Below, piece after piece: positions 25,972 through 38,064 of a stretch of DNA of 64,000 bases (position 1 is the first letter of the stretch; every line of letters starts with the position of its first letter). A program made the position numbers and the translations under genes. The notes beneath the pieces were generated by a model. That model had not been told where the DNA came from. It saw only the letters and a program-made list of their open reading frames with translations, and searched no databases. Source of the DNA: Catajapyx aquilonaris (Eukaryota); assembly GCA_000934665.2 (NCBI GenBank), contig JYFJ02001494.1, positions 1 to 64,000 of the forward strand, given 5' to 3'.

Positions 25972-28252
25972 ATGAAGGGACTTTGCAGCCTCGTTTTTTT
26001 CGCTCTCTTTGCAGGTAAGTGCCGCGTAAAGTTATGCAATAATTATTGTGTACCTACTTTTATGGGCGATGTTTTATTATTATTATTAATAGGGTTGTGT
26101 TATGGAAGCGGGATGGACTCGTCGATGCAGGATTATCTCTTGGTCTTGTCGGTCATAAACGAGGACTGCACAGAGCCACTCAAGAACCAGATGCGATGGA
26201 CCGCCTTGGAGACGGACGTAAAAAAGAAAACCGAGTTGAGCTGCAGGTCAGATCAATCATTACAGATTTGCTCCATACAATTTTTTTTATATATTATAAA
26301 TATTATGACAATAGGAGGGTTCGAACACGGATTGTTTCACTCGTCCTTGGGGTTTTCAAGTCGGAGAAGAGTGTATACACTCTTCTCCGACTTGAAAAAC
26401 CCAATGATTGCTTTCATCATGCTCCAATACATTAGTATACTAATGCACTGGAGCATGATGAAAGCAATCACTCAGCGATGGATAACTATAACAATAATTA
26501 GAGTCTTGTGGCGTCAGAACCTGCTCCAATTGTAGCAACTTTAGATATTATTCCAACATGGACCAAACTCTAGGTGACAAAATATGATGGCGTTTATCAG
26601 ACTTGGTGATTTCCGGTACCTTTTGTTCTCGTGGCATCCCAAAACTTACAAGATATCTTGCTCTGCACCCCCAAACCTGAGACCTTCCGGGCAGGGCTCA
26701 TTATACTGTACATTGTCGCGAATTAAATTTCTGCACACTAATTTTAATCATAAGCATCACAAGACGAGAAAATGTCGTTTACAGGTATACGGTGGTCAGG
26801 GAGATAAAAAGTGGGTCCGCGAGTAAAAGTGTTGTGATTTAGTTGGGACGAAGACGCTGTTGTGATTTAGTTGGGACGAAGACGCGTCTACAAATTCGGC
26901 CCTTTTGACCACTCCCAACACTCCCCGTGACGTCACAGAAGGTCTATTACGTCATGCTGCTCTGCCATTCCCTCTACTTATCCCTTTCCAATTATGCTTT
27001 TTGTGGCATTGTTTCGGGGAGGAAGTTTCTATCCTATCATCGCACGTCATATCTAGTTTCATTTTTTAAAATGTCATTCACATCCATTAGTTATTTTGGA
27101 AATCTTGTCTTTGTTTTGTGAAGAATGATGAGGATGATGCCTATTTAGGCTGAAGGGGTTCCTCCCTCCGCGGCGTTTTATTACGTGCAAGGCCAGGAAA
27201 TGATTGCAACTAACATTATTTGACACATACTGCATTTACAGGATAACAAAAACATGAACATGATCATTCCAGGACAGACTGCTGATGCATTGTTGTATAT
27301 ATTTCCAGGGCTGAAAAGGCTTTCTTGGACTGCGTCGATGCTGTCATGGAATACATGCCCGCCGCCTACAAGGAGAAACAGATGCAATCTTTGGCTTTCA
27401 GCAAGTACCATTTGATGGTATGTTCTCTCTCTCTCTCTCTCTTGCTATTGCCCATCTTTCTTTCAAAGAAGGCACTATATATCAGCAAATAATTTAACAG
27501 TAATTATTCAAGTACAAGTAAGCCTCGATTTAAGGCTTTTCATTTTACGACCATTTTTGCTGGAATCGTAAAACGAGGCCTACATGCATTAATCCCTTTT
27601 GCATGGCCAGCGTGCATGGTGAATCACACAACACCAGCAGGACATCCAGCATCCAGTGACTAGATTAATTCGGATCAATATTGCAAAATTAATACTGAAT
27701 ATTATTATAACTGGCCGCACTATTTATGGAAAGTGGTGCTATCGCAAACTATAGATAAACGAATAGCGCCCAAACTTCCGGGTGGTCATTATTTCTTCCC
27801 CCTACATTGTTATATGTTATGACACACCCCGTGGCGTGATGTAAGCTTCGTAGTTATGTCACCAGCAGCAGGCCTATACTTTTGAATGAAAATATTGGCT
27901 TTCCATAATGCAATCCACATGCTCCAAATTGCCCCAATTGAGCATGAACTGCTGATACAGGTTCATATGAGTCACGAGGGATACAGACATGCACATTGTA
28001 AGCCCATAAAAGGCCTAAAGTTTTAACGAGTAATAATATTAATAACTATATCTTATTTTCTCTCCCTGTCCCTGCTGGTTCCAGGCCCCATGCGACGAGT
28101 ACTTCAAGGATCAGAAGCAGATTAAGTTCTCGATCAAGGAAGTGGATTTCATACTGAAGGAGGGATTCCGCGAGGTTGGCGAACTCGAGATGCGACAGAA
28201 GAAGGCTATGGTTCTCAGCCAATTCATGCAAAGTACTGGACAGAGCCAGTAA
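25972..28252 (+). CDS. Secreted 4-Cys family member 10, N- and C-terminally extended; exons 25972-26014, 26093-26246, 27309-27417, 28085-28252
   Basis: MKGLCSLVFFALFAGLCYGSGMDSSMQDYLLVLSVINEDCTEPLKNQMRWTALETDVKKKTELSCRAEKAFLDCVDAVMEYMPAAYKEKQMQSLAFSKYHLMAPCDEYFKDQKQIKFSIKEVDFILKEGFREVGELEMRQKKAMVLSQFMQSTGQSQ*. Confidence 0.84.
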
Positions 28253-30569
28253 AATAATATTAGAAACCCGCCCAGGTCTAGGGAGGGCGAAGAAAGCAGT
28301 TAAGAGGAAGTGAAGGAAGGAGACAAATGTAACACACTCATATTTGTCAAGTCTTAATAAACAAATGATAATTAACTGTGGTACCAAGTAATATATTATA
28401 TAGAGAAGGCCTAATGGCTTGAATATTATTACCATGTGTGATGGACTGCACCCTATAGGGTGTATGTGCAAATAGCCGATTTTGTAGTGTGGGCCCATCT
28501 CATAAGCTTTATGCTTCTTACTTTCGAAGTGAAATAACTTGACCGGACTGCAATAGCATAAGTACACAACTGGTAGTAATATATAGTCGAGGGAGAGTCA
28601 TTTATCTACAGCACCGTGCAAAGTGAACCTGATCTAGACCCGGCCTACGACTTAGGATGAAAGGGCAAGTTCTCCCAGGCCCGAGCAGATTGTAGATAAA
28701 CCGACCACGAGGACACGAAGAAATCTTGTTGACATCAACAAAAGGGCGTAATATTTTCATCGGTCAGTTTGGGTTCCTGATACAGGATACTCGGATGACA
28801 CATCGCGCTGTGTATTGACCCTTTTAGACGCAGACCCTTGGCACCCCTGGAGTCTCAATGATGGCAGATGTTACACTCGAGATAACAGGTGTTCCCCACG
28901 GGTGATGTCCTGATGGTGGGTTAATCTGCATAGTGAAGCTGTTATCACCAGCAGAGAATGGTTTGACTGCTTGCTCGGCACTCCAACCAAGCCCTAACAA
29001 AGTGATGGCTATCATATGGGACAGCAGACCGCAACTTCCTTGCAATCCACTCTACATTTATTATCATCAGCAGAACTCTAAAGTCTGAAGCATATGGCGC
29101 CAGGTGGCTGAACTTTGTCCGTCCAGGAGATGCCATGTTGTCACAAAAATATTTTTATTTCTTATTCATTTACTTATTTTTGGTGGAAATTGAGGAGTCG
29201 CCTGAGGGATAAGCGATATGCAGCCAACAATGTCGTTTTCGTCGAGGTCACCACATTTACCCGTGGCCCTACTCTGAAAATATGTAGGCCTGCAGTGACG
29301 TCGCGACGATCCTGGGCTATTTATAGGCTAGAGTGTCAGAGTCCACATTCCGATGAAAGGTCGCCCCGGGATGAATCCAGTGCAACATCTGTCACTAACA
29401 TGTCAACGTTGATTTGTTTTGAAATCATCTCAATGACAATATACTATTGCTGGCGACGTATTTGAATACGTCAATAGAGTTGTGACGCAAAGTTATTATG
29501 TCTAGTTCCTACATCGATACCATTAGAATCTAAATATGGGATAGAAATATTTTGGGCAGATTATATTTACCCCTGCTGTTGCGTTTAAAACCAATTCAGT
29601 GTCAGCCAGGTCCTTCCCAACAATCTGGTTGACCGTGAAGGCCATTTATTCATTGATTAATCCAACATCAATAGTATACCTAATATTTTCTTAACCCATG
29701 AACGCAACTGCTTACGTATAGTAATAGGCATTAGAAGCCTTCTGCAAAATGTCGCTATCTGAAATGAACACCGTAATAATAATAATAAAAAATATATTAC
29801 ATTGCACCTCATTACAAATTAGCAGATAATTATGTCGCGGACGGCATCAGGCGCTCCGACAATGACATCAATTTTATGTTGCTCCGATTGTTGCTTCCCA
29901 AAGGGTCTCTTGCTTCCGTTGCCCAAATGCGCCCTACCAAAGTCACAAACAGACCCTCACTTTGCAACAATCTGAGCCATCTTAAAAAATGTACTTCATG
30001 TACATAGCATATCATTAATATTATTATTCGTCATTTACGTAAGTAATTATTGTATTTACACCAAATGCAGAGGAAATATGATCTGAATCTTTCGCACTCT
30101 CTTCCCTGATAACGTTCTGAATAAAGTTCTTGTTTGTTGCGCCACTTCTATATAGCCACGAAATCTCAGCACGTGTTTGCCAACCTCTAATTGTTTGAAC
30201 AAGCAGCATCTGGAGAAGACAATTAAAAGTCGAGTGGTCGCTGTGTTTGCGCATCAATGGGAAAAAACCAATATCAGTGGAAATGTCGCAATAGATACTT
30301 GACGAAATATTTTTTGTCGCAACCCAATAGTCCAATCAATGCACGTGAGGGGAGAAAAAAAAGCGTTTCAGACACAAACTGATAAGCAGCTTATCGCCTG
30401 TGGAAACGCACACAAACAAAAAAAAAACCGGCACAAAGAAAAGGATGTGGAGGCCAATTATTATTATTGTGAGAGGCCGCCTGGACGGAAGCGCGTATCG
30501 TGATTGGCCGATCAAGAAACAATATTTTGAGTGGAAAAACCAGACGTCGAGCCAGAGACAAACCAAACC

Positions 30570-33500
30570 ATGGCGGCGTGGCTGCGGATCTGCATCGTGG
30601 CCCTCTCAAGTACGCATCACCTCTCTTCATATATTATTATTATTAGCATTATTATTACCATGTCCTGCTGTAATCAGCGCGTGTACCGAGTGACCTTTCA
30701 ACCTACTTTTTCCTCAGTCGTTGTTTGTGTCCGCGGTGACCTCTCGACCTGCGTTGGAGAACTGAAGGATGAACTGGATGTGGCGCAGTCTGAGGACAAC
30801 GTCTACTTGAAGAACAAGCATGCCTGCTGGTAAGTGGAGTTGTAACAGTAGTGCCGTAGGATTCTTGGGTGCTGACGACGTCGCACAATATAGCTTTACA
30901 ACAATGTTGGTATATGAATCAACATTATTAGAGGCCAGAGGCGTCAACACTCAAGTTCCCTTGCCGAGAATGCCACATCAATCTGGAGTGTGGGAGGTAA
31001 CACTCTGATCTCACATTGCACCACTCATGATTTAACCCTAAAACCTATACGGCTTGTTAGCTAATAATATTATTGTTTCGAATAACAAATTACGGCTTCA
31101 GTGTATACGACAGGGTACAACCGTAGCAGGTTGGGATAAGGCGTCCGACTGCTAATCGGGAGGTCCTGCGGGTTCGAATCCCGGGGGCGGCAACCCTGAC
31201 CACGGTCTTTCTAGGGTAATTCCGGGGTCGCTTCCGTATATAATAGGCCACAGCCGCTTCCTTCCTTCCTTCCCTATCCTTGGAGGTTGAAAGGCAGTGC
31301 TTGCCCAACCTCTTTAATATCAATTAAATTATAAAGTGTACGACAGGGTACAGGCAGATAAATTACTTTACGCTCTCAGCACATCCTCATGAATATAGCT
31401 TCAACACTATTATTGTACCTCCACTTATTATATACTGTACACAGACTAGCTATAATATGTTGTATAGTATACAATAGTTATATATTTTCAGTTCCGCAAG
31501 AAGTGATGTAGCCTTTTTTTGCCATTGGCGACTTGCTTATCAATGGCGACACGACGGTGACGCCATATGGCTCTTTATAATAATAGCGCCAAAGTATCAC
31601 ATCCCATTAAGCCATTAATGGCAACGACCGATAGACTTATAATATTGCATGGGTGGGTTATAGTTCACACATGCAAAATAATCAAAACCCTCTCTCTTTA
31701 TCAACTGGAATTATACCTCCAGCGATCGAGTGATGTTATAATCGTTCAGTACACATTATCTATTCTATAGCATACCCATTTTTGGAGTTTCAGTTTCCAG
31801 TCTTACCTTATTTTGCTTATACCGCCATTTAAAATATTGAGACATGAATGGAATTCTGATTTTTCTCCGAATGCTGCATCCTGCAGGACTTCCATTGCAT
31901 GAACATTCTTTACGGTCCATTGTATGAAAATAATGCGACGAGTATTTTTAATTAATATCAATCGCTGTAAGTATAGGCCCTAATGAACAGCACTTTATAA
32001 AATGCAGTCACGTATCCTATATAACTGCCTAAATTCTCGCGATACGGCAGATTAGGCTGATTTGCACCACTGTCACCTAATCGAACTTGTCACAAAAGAA
32101 TCACCCCGACTATACAAACTGTGCCGTGACGTGTAGCACATGCAGGGACGGAACATTATCACGTAACCCTGCGCCTGCAGTATATTATACTTGTTGGATG
32201 TACGTAATGAAATGAGACATGAACTACTACAATAATTATTATGTTGTATACTGACTCTCTTATATGGGACTTAAGTCTGCTACACACGATGAGCGTTGGT
32301 TGTACTCAGCAGCGAACTTTACTTCTTGAACCAAGAAGGACGTTGACATCAAGTTTAATTCCGATTGCGACTTAACTTACATATACACAAAATCCTTAAG
32401 TGTGGAAATTGCACATACTCGCATGTCAATCAAAGCCGTTTTTTTTTGTGCGTGTCTTAATTTGATGATGACAGTTCCGTTAATGACGCCTTTCTGACAC
32501 CAGCTCCTGATAAGGGGGTCGCTGATTTTCGGCTCCTTTGACCTCCCTTACCCCCATGCCACTCACGCACATGCTCTCCCTGGGCCGGGTCCTCCATCCC
32601 TCTGGAAAGTTATATGTGTAAGACCAAAAAAGGACGTCACGATGCTGCTGAACCCCTTCCAAACATCTTTTTTCTTGAGAAATGTCATTTTTTTGTGATA
32701 TTATGTGAAGAGTATGCTTGCTGTAACGAGGTCTTTGCGCTGATGTCAAGATCGACTGACCCCCTCTCCCGTCATCATGGTCAGTCAAGCTGACCTCAAC
32801 TCCCTGTCACATTCCCTGACACACTTCGTGGACGAACTCTAAAATGCTCTTTGACACAATACTCATAAATGAAACATTTCGATTCTCTCTGTCTGCTGGT
32901 CTCTGTCTGTATGTTGTATAGTAGGTAAATTATGTAAGGTTGTAAACGAAATACATAAAAACATTTTCCTGCTGGCACCACATTAGTTGCGCCAATGGAT
33001 ATTGCAGAATTCTCGGCAGAATTGTTTCCACGCAACCCTGTTTGGCAGTATGCATAGCGAACCGCGTGATATCTCATTTATAACCTATAAGTCATAAGTG
33101 ACTCTAATTATTACATACCGTTTGAAAAAAGGCAAGGCATTCACAGTATAATAGTTACTTATATATGAATTAAGTAGTTGTGCTTATAGTAGGCCTACAC
33201 AAACAAATAATATTGTGATATGACATATAGTACGCGTATATTAAAACAATGATTCTCTGACCGATTCTACAATACTATTCCTTGTATGATGATAAAATCA
33301 TGAACACTGCTTCAACAGTGATATCCATCGAAGAATAACAAAGCAAAATTATGTTGCAGCATAATATTATTATAGCCTATACTCATTCCAGGTATAAGAC
33401 ATTCCATTCTGAAGGACACGAGAGCCCCCTGCTATAATTATCATGTATATAGGCCCATGCTTTTTATTATAGGATTCTTCATCATCAGGTATACACCACC

Positions 33501-34870
33501 TTCACAATATATTAATTTCTGAAAGTACAACCATACTTTCTTTCTAATACAGTATAATTATAGTCATAGTGATTGGCAGAAGAGATATGCGACCATATTC
33601 TATATGTTTGGCTGCATTGTATAGTTGTATAAGATAAGTCGGAGGAAGATGATGGGACTGATGGGGAAGACGCCCCAATCTTTTACTTTATACATAGGAT
33701 ACTGTTAATCTTAGCTAGTAGTACCGGCTGCTAGTACTGTGTGTATATCACCAGTGGTTTGTACTACGTAATAAATTATTGGGTTGCAGATTGCTGTGTC
33801 CTATACTACAATAATTATAATGTAGTATTAATTTTCTGCTTCCACCATTGGGCGATTTTGGGACATGCATATACAAATATAGGGTGGATTAATCACTATG
33901 CACCACGGACGGCATTAGTCACGGCGCCAATACTATGTGGCGCGGTTTTTGTCCTATCTCATCCTGGGTAAACAACATACTGGTATTTACCGGTACAACA
34001 GAAACCACATTTTGTTCTCTGTTTACGCATTTCTGCAATTTAAGAACATAATAAATTATGAATGCAATATAAACAAAACCTGAACAAAACCATGTAGACC
34101 TGACGCTGACGTATAGGCTATACAGTACTACGATCAGAGTCTCATTTGGCTGATTTATGAGGGGTCATAATTGAAGAAAATATATGAATCTCATTTACTG
34201 TAATTATAACCTAAGTCAGATAAGTCATTTGAAGAGAATATTTTATCAATAATTTATAATGATTAATACCCGACTGTCATGAAAAGTCCTCCCTCAGCAA
34301 GCGTATAGGGCCTACAGCTTTGGAAGTGGTATCAATATTTTGCCCGTGCTTTCTACATTTGCAAACCACTTGTTTTTTTTGGAAATAGTGCCGAGGGACT
34401 TTGTGAAATGCAAAAAACCACACGGAATGCCGACGACGGCGGTTCCACGGAATTCCTAATTCCGCCGTTCCGAGCGAGCGCCACCTGCTTGGCCGCGGCT
34501 CGCTTACTTGTGCACTTTACCGTCGGATGTCGCTTCGATTAATGATATCTGTTATAATTAAATAGTCAAAATGAAATGGGGGAAAACATTTTTGGGTGAA
34601 CTTTGCCATAAGTAATATCCACATGTTCTCCTCTTCATTCCAGGGCTCAAGAACAGTTTTTCGATTGCCTAGAAAGTGACCTGGAGGCGAAACCTTCATC
34701 ACTGGGCAAGATATTAGAGCAAAGGCAGTTGAAAGAAGAGCGACAACGTATGAGGGTAAGTACAGTACCAGTTGAATTGCTTCAACTGCCTTAAAAATAC
34801 TATTTCTATTATCATCTATGTGAACGATTATTTTGCCTTTCAGATGTGGTGCAAGAGGAACCTCGAGTAA
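30570..34870 (+). CDS. Secreted 4-Cys family member 11; exons 30570-30609, 30718-30829, 34644-34755, 34844-34870
   Basis: MAAWLRICIVALSIVVCVRGDLSTCVGELKDELDVAQSEDNVYLKNKHACWAQEQFFDCLESDLEAKPSSLGKILEQRQLKEERQRMRMWCKRNLE*; intron 2 is 3.8 kb. Confidence 0.82.
31120..31338 (+). mobile_element. tRNA-derived SINE, family B
   Basis: tRNA-like head (anticodon arm ccga-ctGCTaa-tcgg, GGTTCGAATCCC), AT-rich tail, and TSD tacgacagggtaca (31106-31119 / 31339-31352). Confidence 0.82.
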
Positions 34871-35233
34871 AATATTTATTGCACGTCAGCTTCAGCTTCA
34901 TTTAATTTAATTTACAAAATGTATGTTTAGTTTCACGGAGCCCGCCGTTATCGGTGCAAACATCATGTGTCGCAGTTTATGTATGTTCATTACGAAATAA
35001 ATAGATACTTTGCCAAATGAGTGAGTCGCATACTACTGATGTAACGCCCTTGATCAAGGACAGGCGGGCCTGGACGGAAGTGATAGCGACACTGTTGCGT
35101 AACAAGCCTTAGCTTTTCGGAGTGTTTATCAAAATTGACCCACATTGCAAGCATTTCAGCAAGTCGAGATAAGTCGGCTAACTGGACCAGATCGATCTGC
35201 GATTTCCGCTTCAAATTTTTGCACGTTGACAAA

Positions 35234-37006
35234 ATGAAGATTTTTGCACTCATTTTCATCGTCATTGCTGCAGGTAAGTGCTTAACCGATTGAGACCCAG
35301 TGAAATTATTATTATTATTATTGGAGCTGGATTGAATCCAGGCACATTTTTTCAGTCAGCACTAATTATGGCTAAAGTGTAATCCTAATTAAGCAAATCC
35401 CCATTAAATCTGATCTCAACTAAAATATTAACGAATATGAACTTCTTTTTTTTTGCAAGGACGGGTTCAAGTGCTGCAGTGTTGAAAAACTCAGTCAAAC
35501 ATTAAGCGTAAATAGTGATGTTTACAAATTGCATAATCATATGCATACAAGTATCTCCCCCATTTTATTTAACAATATATTGGCGAAACATGGTTATCCA
35601 CGAAATGTGAAAGTTAAAATGTCACGACCTGAATATTAATGTCTAAATTTAATGTTCTCCATTAATTATTCGGTTCAAATACTCGGAAATATTGTTTAAT
35701 GAGGCGATGGAAAATGCTTAATAATAATAACAACGAATTATTATTTGCACGACTTAACGTCATTTTATGAGCTTAAGCGACTGGAAAGGGCTAAAAGCTT
35801 CCCTTTGTCAGGTTGAAACATTAAAATTAGATTTGAATGATATTAAATAACACTTATTCGTTTGAACTTTAACAACAATGGGCACAAGCAGTTGGGAGTT
35901 CCTCTCGCGAGGAATAAACTACGGATTCAAATCCCTTTAAATGACATCATATAGCTTATGAACCATACGTAGGCTGTAATTATTATGTTACAGCCAATTG
36001 TCGTTCCAATTAAATCCCGATTCGGCCCGATTGCTATGTTCGCATTATTGGCATCTCTTGCAATATTCAACGGCTGAAACAGTTTAATATTATTTATTAT
36101 CTCTGGCCTCTTCTTTTCCCCTTTTCCGCAGTAATCAGCTTGTGCAATGCTCAAGGCAACATAATCAGCTGCACCAATCAACTGAGGAGAGAGTTGAGTT
36201 GGGCCGCCTTCGAACCAGACACTACTCGAAGGAATGTTTATGCATGCAGGTCAGTTACCAAGATAGTGATGATTTTTTGTTTCCATTATTTCATTGCCAT
36301 CTTTCTAAACCAGTCCGGTATATAATAATTTATTCCCCACTTGCAAAGTGCAGTAGTTATCCGCGTGCCATATTTTCCCGCTTTTCATTTAAACATAGAT
36401 AGCGTACCATCTGGCACTAAATATAGTTTTAAAATGTTTTTTGGACAAACACATGCAACCATCAGCACTCTATCAAGGCGAAAATTAGGGAGAAAAATTA
36501 TATCTCCATCTGGCTGATTGTTACAAAAACAAGCATGTCTGGTACTTTCATGTTATAATTATGTGATATTATTATTATTATTGAAATGGTTGGATTTCAG
36601 AGCTCACGAAAGCTACTTCAGCTGCGTGGAGAGGGCGCTGAGCCAAACGCCATACGCATACGACAGGGAGTCTCAGAGGCGCCAGCTCACCGTCAGTAAG
36701 AACCAAATGAGGGTCAGTATATGTCTTATGGCCTTTGAATATTTTCCCGCACTGATAGAATATGAGGCCCCTTCTCGGACAGATGCCCTTGGCGGTGACC
36801 AAACTATGTTATACGTAACCAAGGGTAAATTCTCCGGGAGGATAATATATACGAGATACGCAGAGGTTGCACACTCTAAGGGTATTGGGAGGGCATTATA
36901 GTAATTATTATCGAGTATAGGTGACCTATTTGGTACAGTGACAATACAATATTATGTTTTATGCTTACAGATCCGCTGCAAGAAGTATGTCAACGGTTCC
37001 GGATAA
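35234..37006 (+). CDS. Secreted 4-Cys family member 12; exons 35234-35273, 36132-36249, 36601-36712, 36971-37006
   Basis: MKIFALIFIVIAAVISLCNAQGNIISCTNQLRRELSWAAFEPDTTRRNVYACRAHESYFSCVERALSQTPYAYDRESQRRQLTVSKNQMRIRCKKYVNGSG*. Confidence 0.88.
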
Positions 37007-38064
37007 AATGTGGAAAAAAATCGCATTTTGGGCCTGTATAGGGATTGGTAGACTGTTCTAATTTATACAGTATATAATTATGTACCCTGTGGTTGTGATA
37101 GTAAAATAAATCAGCACAGTTGCTTGTTACAATAACCATGTTAAATGAACGGAGAGGCAAATGACTCAAGGCAAATGACTCAAGGCAGTGTCTCATTTGA
37201 TTACGTTTTTTATGGTAGAATATTTGGGTGTTCTTGTATGCTGGTAGTTTGAATAACGAGAGTACCAACCGATACACATTCTGAGTCCTTTTTCGCCGTG
37301 GACACTCCAAGCCTGCGTGTCGCAAGGCTCAATCAGCCGAGGTATGTTCAACTACTACGATATAACTTGAATCATTTTATTATTGGTGCGACTGCCTTTG
37401 AATTAGTTACATTGTCGAGAATATGGAAATAGTGGAAATGTGATGGAGTAGTGTTGTCAGTGTGTGACGCCGTAAATGTTCAAGTCAGATTTAATCCTTG
37501 TTGTACTCATCAAGCTCATTGTGCTTAAAATTGACCTGAAAACAGTAAGTGCTCCAACTGCAACCACTGGTCATAGGTCACCTTCCAGACATAATTCAGT
37601 GCATCTTTTTCATTCTCCCAGCAGGCCCCCCCAACACACGCCAGCAGTCTCCAAAACTACCCTAGGCAACATGACGTCTCGGAAACCTTACACCCTTCAT
37701 CTGAGTCACCCTTAATTTAATGCGTGTGGAATCATATTCCGAACATTCATCTGCGCAACTTTTCCTTGTTTGAAGACAATAAAGCCTAGCTGGCCAGGTC
37801 TTCGAATAAAGAAAACATGATAAGACGTGCGTCTCCGTGCTATACGGTGACATCACTGTCTGGTCGTCCAGGATCCCAAGCATTGTCCAGCCGACTGTCC
37901 TTCAGGCAACAAGCGGTAGGTTTGTGTTAGAAGAAGGCGGCAGCAAACGTATCGGGTTCCTGTGATTGATAGGTTGTGGTTGTGTTGCTGCTTTTTTTGG
38001 GATGGGGAAGTGGTTTCAGGCACACGTGACCCCTGTGACCCTTCGTTCCGAAAGAGGTGATCTG

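Noticed and set aside
26830..26885. 27-bp direct repeat pair resembling a CRISPR unit
   Set aside because: Only two adjacent copies with no spacer, in a eukaryotic intron; a simple tandem duplication.
28740..29136. Possible LINE reverse-transcriptase remnant (GQFGF)
   Set aside because: No further RT motifs could be read with confidence.
16685..30269. kB-like (gagaatttcc at 16685, gggaaaaaacc at 30259) and GATA motifs upstream of family genes, suggesting immune induction
   Set aside because: Short degenerate motifs, not positionally conserved; cannot be distinguished from chance without an enrichment test.
31120..31192. tRNA gene (also the heads at ~49190 and ~10260)
   Set aside because: No complete acceptor stem; each is followed by a body and tail and flanked by TSDs, so these are SINE heads.
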